Positions 6,655-12,763 of a stretch of DNA of 12,763 nucleotides are shown one piece after another. The DNA is from Myxococcota bacterium (GTDB lineage Bacteria > Myxococcota_A > Polyangia > Polyangiales > Houyiibacteriaceae): positions 1 through 12,763 of the forward strand of contig JBCCEA010000063.1 in assembly GCA_039030515.1 (NCBI GenBank). Direction: 5' to 3'. The notes beneath the pieces are model-generated. The model saw only the letters and a program-made list of their open reading frames with translations, searched no databases and was not told the DNA's origin. Each line of letters opens with the position of its first letter. Within the stretch, counting starts at the first letter, position 1. A program made the position numbers and the translations under genes.

Positions 6655-8094
6655 ATGAAAAACCGCTATGAATCTCCCTTTGCAGTGGGAGGCTCGAACG
6701 AGATCGATGAGGCGCTTGCGACTCAGCTTCTCAAGGTTGCACTTGGAGCGGGAGGGGACTACGCCGATCTCTTTTTTGAGTATTCGGTGAGTGGAAGCTA
6801 CGCCTACGACGAAGGCATTCTCAAGTCTGCTGGTCGTGCGGTCACTCTTGGACTTGGGGTTCGTGTGATGTGCGGGGATGCGACCGGGTACGCCTACGTG
6901 CAAAATCTCGACCCGGCCGAAATGAAGTCTGCCGCAAAAACCGCAGCACAGATCGCGCGGAGCGGCACCAGCGTTCCCCCGCTTGGGCTGAGGGCCGATT
7001 CCCTCAGTGACCGCTACCCAGTGATCGACCTTTCCATCGATATTGACGGCCCTAAGAAGCGTGACCTCCTAGCGAGAGCCGATCATGCGGCGCGAACCGC
7101 TGATCCACGCGTGACCCGAGTAGACGCTTCGTTCCACGAAGAGATTCGCGAAATTTTGGTGGCTACCAGCGACGGACGATTTGTTCGAGATCGACAGCCC
7201 TTGATCCGCTACGGCGTGAGGGTGCTCGTTGAGGCCGATGGAAAGCGTCAAGCGGGTTCCTCTGGCGGAGGAGGACGTTTAGGTCTCGACTATTTCGACG
7301 CGCATCCACCAGAGGCTCATGCCAAGGAAGCTGTAAGACAAGCCGTAGCGATGCTCGAAGCGACCGAGGCGCCTGCGGGTGAGATGGAAGTGGTGCTCGG
7401 GCCAGGCGACAGCGGAATCCTTCTCCACGAAGCAGTGGGTCATGGTCTCGAAGCTGACTTCAACCGTAAGGGAACCAGCAACTACACGGGTCAAATCGGC
7501 AAGAGTGTGGCGAGTCCGCTCTGCACAGTGGTGGATGATGCCACGCTGACGGGCGCACGAGGCTCTATCAACGTAGACGATGAAGGAAGAGTTCCGTCGT
7601 CGTCTTGTCTTATCGAAAAGGGCGTACTCACTGGCTACCTACAAGACCAGCACTCAGCGAAGCATTTTTCGACTAAGGCTACCGGCAACGGGCGTCGAGA
7701 GAGCTTTCAATCCCATCCCATGCCTCGAATGACCAACACACTGCTACTCGCCGGGCAGGATGACCCAGACGAGATCGTGCGTTCCGTGAGCAAGGGGGTG
7801 TATGCGAGCAAATTTGGGGGAGGTCAGGTAGACATCAGTAATGGCGACTTCGTTTTTTCACTCACCGAAGGTTATCTCATCGAGGATGGGCGCATCACCG
7901 CACCTCTCAAGGGAGTCAATCTCATCGGAAACGGACCTGACGTGATGCGAAACGTAGTCATGGTCGGAAACGATATGAAGACTTCCGATGGAATATGGAC
8001 TTGCGGTAAAGACGGTCAGTCTGTCCCGGTTGGGGTCGGATGCCCTACAGTGAAGATTTCTTCACTTACGGTTGGTGGTACCAAGATTGGTTGA
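6655..8094 (+). CDS. tldD: Metalloprotease TldD (catalytic subunit), 479 aa
   Basis: DYADLFFE, GLGVRV, HExxGH metal motif (LLHEAVGHGLEADF), GNGRRES..H.PMPRMTNT, GGQVD and the C-terminal Cys ligand in TCGKDGQSVPVGVG. Confidence 0.96.
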   Translation: MKNRYESPFAVGGSNEIDEALATQLLKVALGAGGDYADLFFEYSVSGSYAYDEGILKSAGRAVTLGLGVRVMCGDATGYAYVQNLDPAEMKSAAKTAAQIARSGTSVPPLGLRADSLSDRYPVIDLSIDIDGPKKRDLLARADHAARTADPRVTRVDASFHEEIREILVATSDGRFVRDRQPLIRYGVRVLVEADGKRQAGSSGGGGRLGLDYFDAHPPEAHAKEAVRQAVAMLEATEAPAGEMEVVLGPGDSGILLHEAVGHGLEADFNRKGTSNYTGQIGKSVASPLCTVVDDATLTGARGSINVDDEGRVPSSSCLIEKGVLTGYLQDQHSAKHFSTKATGNGRRESFQSHPMPRMTNTLLLAGQDDPDEIVRSVSKGVYASKFGGGQVDISNGDFVFSLTEGYLIEDGRITAPLKGVNLIGNGPDVMRNVVMVGNDMKTSDGIWTCGKDGQSVPVGVGCPTVKISSLTVGGTKIG

Positions 8095-8100
8095 ACGCGC

Positions 8101-9474
8101 ATGAGTAAACGACAAGATGAGCTTCTGAATACCGCTGACCGGGTGGTCGACTTGGCGACCCAAGGTGGGGCCAGTGTTGCCGAGGTTGCAGTCCAAACGG
8201 GCGCGCACCTAACGACCAAAGTGCGCATGCGAGAAGCTGAGTTGCTTGAAGAAGCGGGTTCTCGATCCATCGGGCTCCGAGTGATGGTCGGGCAACAAGT
8301 TGCGGTGACCTATACCAGCGATACGAGTTCCGGAGGTCTTGCGAAACTCGTGGAAGACGCTCTGGAACTTGCAGCCTTATCGCAACCAGACGAATTCGCT
8401 GGCCCACCGGATCCAGCGCTCCTGTCCACTTCGGACCAGCACGCTCAGCTCGATGTTTTTGACCCCACAATGCGCAACTTCGGCGCGTCCGAGGCGATGG
8501 CTCGAGCTAAGGATGCCGAGGCGGCTGCCCTCGCGTACGATGAGCGAGTGGTTAACAGTGAAGGCGCCACATTTTCGCGTGTAGACGGCGCTCGCGCACT
8601 GGTGACGAGTGGCGGTTTCCGTGGAGCGACCGAGGGAACCTACGCTTCCTTAGTGGTCAAGCCCGTCGCTCAAGATGAAGGTGATAAGAAGCGAAGTGGC
8701 TTCCACTGGTCTGCTCGTAGGCACCTCTCTGAGCTCGACTCTGAACACGCCGTAGGTAAAGAAGCCGCTCGTCGCACGCTACGTCAACTTGGAGCTCGAA
8801 AGATCAAGACCCAAGAAGCGCCCGTGGTTTTTGATCCAGATGCCGGCCGTTCGATCTTGGGGCTTTTTGCAGGCTGCATTCTCGGTGGAGCCATCTGGCG
8901 GAGGTCTAGCTATCTGGTCGAGCGTGTCGATACGCAGGTCGCTAGCGACTTGGTGACGATCGTGGATGATCCGCTGGTGCCTAAGGCTCCCGGATCTCGT
9001 CCGTTCGATGGAGAAGGCTTGCTCTCCCGCCGCACCACTGTTGTGGAGCAGGGCGTGCTCAAATCCTACCTGCTCGATAGCTATAGTGGACGCAAACTCG
9101 GCTTGGAGAGTACAGCGAGCGCTGCCCGAGGTTCCAGCGGTGGGGTGGGTCCAACGACAACCAATTTCATCATGCAGGCAGGTACAATTGGAGCCACGGA
9201 GCTGATAGATGACACCGAATCTGGGCTCTACGTTACAGACATGATGGGCTTTGGATTCAATGCAGTGACGGGGGATTTTAGCAGAGGTGCGACTGGCTTT
9301 TGGATCGAAAAAGGAACCTTAGCGTATCCCGTATCTGAGGTGACGATATCCCTGAACTTGAATGATTTGCTACAACGCATTGATTCGGTCGCCGACGATC
9401 TCGACCTAAAGACTGCAACCGCAGTTCCTACGTTTCGCGTCTCGTCCATGACCGTCGCTGGTAGCGATGCTTAG
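8101..9474 (+). CDS. pmbA: PmbA/TldE, non-catalytic partner of TldD, 457 aa
   Basis: TldD/PmbA family motifs (IGLRV, DDPL...GSRPFDGEG, G.L.SYLLD.YS.RKLG, GFN.VTGDFSRGA.GFWIE.G...YPVSE.TI) without HExxH. It starts 6 nt after the tldD stop. Confidence 0.95.
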   Translation: MSKRQDELLNTADRVVDLATQGGASVAEVAVQTGAHLTTKVRMREAELLEEAGSRSIGLRVMVGQQVAVTYTSDTSSGGLAKLVEDALELAALSQPDEFAGPPDPALLSTSDQHAQLDVFDPTMRNFGASEAMARAKDAEAAALAYDERVVNSEGATFSRVDGARALVTSGGFRGATEGTYASLVVKPVAQDEGDKKRSGFHWSARRHLSELDSEHAVGKEAARRTLRQLGARKIKTQEAPVVFDPDAGRSILGLFAGCILGGAIWRRSSYLVERVDTQVASDLVTIVDDPLVPKAPGSRPFDGEGLLSRRTTVVEQGVLKSYLLDSYSGRKLGLESTASAARGSSGGVGPTTTNFIMQAGTIGATELIDDTESGLYVTDMMGFGFNAVTGDFSRGATGFWIEKGTLAYPVSEVTISLNLNDLLQRIDSVADDLDLKTATAVPTFRVSSMTVAGSDA

Positions 9475-9530
9475 AACCTGAGCGGGTACGATGTGCATCC
9501 CGTTACAGGCAACCCATCGAGCTTTCGCGC

Positions 9531-10646
9531 TCACGATAGGGGATCAAGCGCTTGAAATGATTCATGTGCGTGCTGCGTTTCCTGGGGTGCGCTCCGCTTG
9601 AAGCGGACATACTCTACCATCGCGCCTACGTAAGAGCTGAAGGACGGGCAGTGCGGTCCGGTATCCCCCAGCAGTTCCATCGTATTCGTGTTTCCATAAA
9701 CGACCTCGGACGAAAGTTGCTCGAGAAAGACTCGAGGTGCTCGAGTAAGCCGTGCGAGTCCCGGCGCTTTCAGGATCGTGGTTGCTAGATCGGTTGGAAC
9801 GAAGCTGCGAGGAAGCGGTCGACCGATCTCTCTAGCGATCAACTCAAAGACCTCTCGGGTAGAAAGCGGTTCAGGGTCGACCAGATGGAAGATTCGGCCG
9901 ACGGAGCGTGGGTTCCTGGCGATAGTCATTCCAGCATGGACGACCCAATCTATTGGAACCATGTTCATTCGAATTTCCCCTCGCCCGGGCATTGGCAGCC
10001 GTAAGTCCGGAGGCGCGTTGAGCATCAGCAAGACCAATAGATAAGGACCTGAGAAACAATCGATCTCACCCGTGGTCGAGTCGCCCATGAGTCTTGAGGG
10101 TTTGAGTATGGTTATCGGGTACCGGTCCATCGATTCACGTAGGATTTTTTCTGCGTGAAACCTGCTCTCCTCGATGCGGTCGTGAAACCCTGGTGGCGTT
10201 TCCAACTCGTCTTCGGACACGTAGCCCTTGCGGGTACCGGATACGAGAGTCGTAGACCAGTGAATGAGGTGTGCAAGGTTCTTCGCAGATTCGCAAAACT
10301 CGAGCGCCTCTCGAACACCTCCAATATTGATCGACTCGATGGTTTTTGGATCAAGCTCGTTGTTTTCGGTTGAGTCGCAGTGATGGAGCACCTCAACCTC
10401 TCGAATGAGCTCATTGTATTCAGATCCTGAAAGCCCGAAGTCCATCGCACTGGTTTCGCCCTCTAAGAGCTGTACCCGATTTTCACAGGACCATTGCGCG
10501 ATCAGACTTGCTGCAAACTCGAGATGAGGCTTCTGCACCACACATCGAAGCTGCAGGTTCTCAAGGTCTTTCAGAAGTCTACGAACAACGTGTTTCGCGA
10601 GCAGATTGTGCGGGAAGCCCGTGATGAGAGTTGTTTTGGCGGACAT
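9531..10646 (-). CDS. Extended SDR / NAD-dependent epimerase-thioester-reductase-like fold protein with degenerate cofactor and catalytic motifs, ~371 aa
   Basis: The overall pattern matches fatty acyl-CoA reductase/thioester-reductase-type extended SDRs (TLITGFP, GLS..EY..L, N..G....L.F, ST..VSG, P...GDS.TGE, N.VP.D.V, G..FHL.DP). ATG 10646 is preceded by CGAGGAA. The ORF-track start at 10760 overlaps coaE. Confidence 0.85.
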   Translation of the reverse strand: MSAKTTLITGFPHNLLAKHVVRRLLKDLENLQLRCVVQKPHLEFAASLIAQWSCENRVQLLEGETSAMDFGLSGSEYNELIREVEVLHHCDSTENNELDPKTIESINIGGVREALEFCESAKNLAHLIHWSTTLVSGTRKGYVSEDELETPPGFHDRIEESRFHAEKILRESMDRYPITILKPSRLMGDSTTGEIDCFSGPYLLVLLMLNAPPDLRLPMPGRGEIRMNMVPIDWVVHAGMTIARNPRSVGRIFHLVDPEPLSTREVFELIAREIGRPLPRSFVPTDLATTILKAPGLARLTRAPRVFLEQLSSEVVYGNTNTMELLGDTGPHCPSFSSYVGAMVEYVRFKRSAPQETQHAHESFQALDPLS

Positions 10647-10684
10647 CGGATTCCTCGTAGGCCGAACCTTGGATATCTGCGGTC

Positions 10685-11284
10685 TTACTTCAAGAGCAGG
10701 ATCGATCGATGAATCGAGGCCACCCGTTCGGCAGTGACTTCGATCGGTCCGTCGTTCCATACGACCCAGCGTGCGGCCCTTAACTTCTCTGCAAGTGGCA
10801 TTTGACTGCGGATTCGCGCTTCCGCTTGAGCTCTTGGAAGATCGCTGCGTAGAAGCAGTCGGTCTAACTGCCCCTCGGGGGTTATTGCCACAACGATCAA
10901 GCCATCGAGGTCCGAAGCGTTGTTTTCCACCAAGAGAGCTGCCTCATACAACACATAGGGCACCTCGGCGCCGCCCGCCGCTTGAATGGCTTTCGCACTA
11001 CGGATCGCAATGCGTGGATGAAGTATTCTGTTCAAGTCGAGTCGCGCATGCTCGTCATCAAATACGATCTCGCCAAGTTTCGAACGATTCAATGAGCCAT
11101 CCTCGTGCAGTATCTGGCTTCCGAATCGAGCGACAATCTCGCTAAGCCCCTCTGAGCCCGGCAGTACGACCTCTCGAGCGATCACGTCTGCGTCGATCAC
11201 CGGAACTCCATGGCTGCGGAACATTGCGGCGACGGTACTCTTTCCGCTTGCGATTCCTCCGGTCAGACCGATCGTCTTTGTCAC
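10685..11284 (-). CDS. coaE: Dephospho-CoA kinase, 199 aa
   Basis: IGLTGGIASGKSTV P-loop, VIDAD.IAR.VV, L.R..LG.IVF, LN.ILHP.I, RI.SQMPL.EK...A..V..N.G; GTG start. Confidence 0.97.
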   Translation of the reverse strand: MTKTIGLTGGIASGKSTVAAMFRSHGVPVIDADVIAREVVLPGSEGLSEIVARFGSQILHEDGSLNRSKLGEIVFDDEHARLDLNRILHPRIAIRSAKAIQAAGGAEVPYVLYEAALLVENNASDLDGLIVVAITPEGQLDRLLLRSDLPRAQAEARIRSQMPLAEKLRAARWVVWNDGPIEVTAERVASIHRSILLLK

Positions 11285-11376
11285 TATAGAAAATCTCTTT
11301 TCGGGTGATCACCGGCACACCTCCGAAATTCGACCTGTCCAAGGGCTGCCTACAGATCCTATGCAGAGTTGGCGGT

Positions 11377-11405
11377 GTTATACGAGGTGAACGCTGTCTG
11401 GTCAG
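11377..11405 (-). promoter_or_regulatory. Putative sigma70-type promoter for the coaE-SDR operon
   Basis: The minus strand reads CTGACC (11405-11400), 17 nt, TATAAC (11382-11377), implying a ~85-nt 5' leader before the coaE GTG. Confidence 0.45.
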
Positions 11406-11468
11406 GGGTTGGTGCGATGCGCTCTGTAGATGCACCGAGTCGTACGGCCAAGCATCTTGGTGGAGAGG

Positions 11469-11495
11469 TATTATGTTCGAGAATCTCGAAAATTA
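11469..11495 (+). promoter_or_regulatory. -10-like box followed by an operator-like palindrome upstream of astA
   Basis: TATTAT at 11469-11474 is followed by the perfect inverted repeat TTCGAGA-A-TCTCGAA (11476-11490), with imperfect AT-rich flanks. No good -35 is visible. Confidence 0.4.
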
Positions 11496-11520
11496 GAGAT
11501 CTCGCTGCAGGGGAGAGACT

Positions 11521-12573
11521 TTGCAAACTCTTCGATATCAAATCCGAGGCGCCACACTGGCCGACGAGCCTGGCCTGCTCGAACTCGCTGGATTCTTGGA
11601 CTCCGTCAACCTACCAAACAAATCCGATGAGATAGCCCCCATCCTGACTTGGTCGGAAAAGTCATTCGCTCAGGTCATCCCCGATCCGGCAGATCATCGA
11701 TACACGTTCATTCTAGAGGACACGAATGCGGGGCGAGCGGTTGCGACCTCGATGGTCCTCGGGCAGCTGGGACGCCGTGATGCTCCCTACATCTACCTGG
11801 ATGTGCGAGAGGAAGAACGGTACAGCGCCTCACTCGATCAGCACCTTGTTCATAAGGTGCTTCAAATTCGTTACTCCTACCGCGGGCCTACGGAAATCGG
11901 AGGGCTCGTCTCCCATCCAGACTACCGGAGGTCGACCCAGCGGATCGGTTCGATGATCGCCTACGTGCGCTTCCTTTGGATCGCGATGCATCGAGACCGA
12001 TTTCAAGATGAAGTATTGGCAGAATTGATGCCCCCGCTTTCACCCGACGGCACGAGCCATCTTTGGGAAGCGCTTGGACGGCATTTCACCGGGATGAGCT
12101 ATCGAGAGGCTGATCGTCTTTCGAGTCAGAACAAGGAATTCATTCGAGGTCTCTTCCCGGATGGCGACATCTATGCGTCACTCCTTAGCGAGCGGGCTCA
12201 AGAAGTCATTGGGAAAGTAGGGCCTGAAACTCGAGGTGTGGAGAAACTTCTTCGTCGAATAGGGTTCCGGTATGTCCACCGAATCGATCCATTCGATGGT
12301 GGCCCTCATTTCGTCGCTCCGACCGACGAAATAAGCCTGGTAGCAGGCGCCCGACCTTTTTACGCGAAGTTTGGTAAAGCCGGATCTCAAATGGCGCTCG
12401 TTGGCTGCAGTTACGATAGGTCACCCTGGTTCCGAGCAGTTCCGGCGTCGATCGAGCTGCCTGATCCCGGCACGCTCACCGAGCCAGCACTGTCTCTTCC
12501 TCACGAGGTGATGGATCATCTCGAACTCACAGAAGGAGATCCCGTTTGGGCTCTCACCATGGATACGCGCTAG
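11521..12573 (+). CDS. astA: Arginine N-succinyltransferase (AstA family, GNAT fold), 350 aa
   Basis: AstA motifs: IR.A...D...L..LA, NLP, GPTEIGGL...P.YR, LAEL.......G.S..W..LG..F....Y.EAD.LS...K.FI..L.P...IY..LL...AQ.VIG.V, and IDPFDGGP. TTG start with GGGGAG upstream. Confidence 0.92.
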   Translation: MQTLRYQIRGATLADEPGLLELAGFLDSVNLPNKSDEIAPILTWSEKSFAQVIPDPADHRYTFILEDTNAGRAVATSMVLGQLGRRDAPYIYLDVREEERYSASLDQHLVHKVLQIRYSYRGPTEIGGLVSHPDYRRSTQRIGSMIAYVRFLWIAMHRDRFQDEVLAELMPPLSPDGTSHLWEALGRHFTGMSYREADRLSSQNKEFIRGLFPDGDIYASLLSERAQEVIGKVGPETRGVEKLLRRIGFRYVHRIDPFDGGPHFVAPTDEISLVAGARPFYAKFGKAGSQMALVGCSYDRSPWFRAVPASIELPDPGTLTEPALSLPHEVMDHLELTEGDPVWALTMDTR

Positions 12574-12640
12574 TGTTCCGCCCACATCTCAAGAAAAAAG
12601 CCACTCCCGCCGAGTCGATGTTCGAGCATAGGACGAGGCG

Positions 12641-12690
12641 GAAGAAAGAAAGATGCTTGACAGGGTGAGGGTATGGGGTAGGAATAGCGA
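12641..12690 (+). promoter_or_regulatory. sigma70-type promoter, probably of an rRNA operon
   Basis: A-rich tract GAAGAAAGAAAGA (UP-element position), perfect -35 TTGACA (12657-12662), -10-like TAGGAAT (12679-12685), then GC-rich GCGACCCG (discriminator-like). No ORF follows, and boxA lies downstream. Confidence 0.7.
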
Positions 12691-12716
12691 CCCGTTCGGC
12701 GGAGCAGCTGAGCGGG
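12691..12716 (+). other. 5' leader stem-loop
   Basis: CCCGTTCGGC-GGAGCA-GCTGAGCGGG forms a 10-bp stem with two G-U pairs. These pairs only work on the + strand transcript. Confidence 0.65.
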
Positions 12717-12718
12717 GA

Positions 12719-12754
12719 GGCCTGAAGAAGGCCAGTGGTCCTTGAAAACTGAAT
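12719..12754 (+). promoter_or_regulatory. rrn-type antitermination site: boxB hairpin followed by boxA
   Basis: Hairpin GGCCT-GAAGA-AGGCC (12719-12733), then TGGTCCTTGAAAACTGAAT (12736-12754). The latter matches the widespread rRNA leader boxA pattern (GxTCYTTGAAAACTGAA). The boxB-then-boxA order is that of rrn leaders. Confidence 0.8.
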
Positions 12755-12763
12755 CGGAATCGA

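Noticed and set aside
6655..9474. tldD-pmbA as part of a microcin/RiPP cluster
   Set aside because: This is a widespread housekeeping pair, and no YcaO, radical SAM, precursor or transporter gene is adjacent.
9475..9530. Bidirectional terminator between pmbA and the SDR gene
   Set aside because: Only a weak, interrupted stem (CGGG...CCCG) is present, with no U-tract on either strand.
1103..12424. Numerous short overlapping or antisense ORFs in the six-frame track (e.g. 3074-3463, 4406-4840, 5577-5981, 6526-6903, 10771-11145)
   Set aside because: They overlap well-supported genes and show no recognisable motifs, as expected for shadow ORFs in moderately GC-rich DNA.
12576..12650. Intrinsic terminator after astA
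   Set aside because: An imperfect hairpin (CCGCC...GGCGG, 12607-12641) is followed by an A-rich, not U-rich, tract on the + strand, so it is not supportable as a terminator.

Overview
A mostly housekeeping bacterial region. The gene content (a REC-DUF4388-TM-TPR protein, a TerB-like protein, stand-alone astA, and an extended SDR next to coaE) suggests Myxococcota; this assignment is an inference. From left to right: (1) a non-coding array of ~23-bp direct repeats (GCTGCAGCACCGTACCTGGTCAG) running off the left edge; (2) an IPT/TIG-domain lipoprotein (-); (3) a large membrane-anchored receiver/DUF4388(PATAN)/TPR protein (+); (4) a PcaF/PaaJ-type thiolase (+); (5) an EEP-family nuclease/phosphatase lipoprotein and a TerB-like protein (-); (6) tldD-pmbA(tldE) (+); (7) an extended-SDR protein with degenerate catalytic motifs and coaE (-); (8) astA (+); (9) a sigma70-type promoter, hairpins and a boxB/boxA antitermination signal, most likely the leader of an rRNA operon starting beyond the right edge. 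I see no clear multi-gene novel system. The best leads are the left-edge repeat array, the transmembrane receiver-PATAN-TPR protein, the probable pseudo-enzyme SDR coupled to coaE, and a leader hairpin almost identical to lambda nutL boxB.
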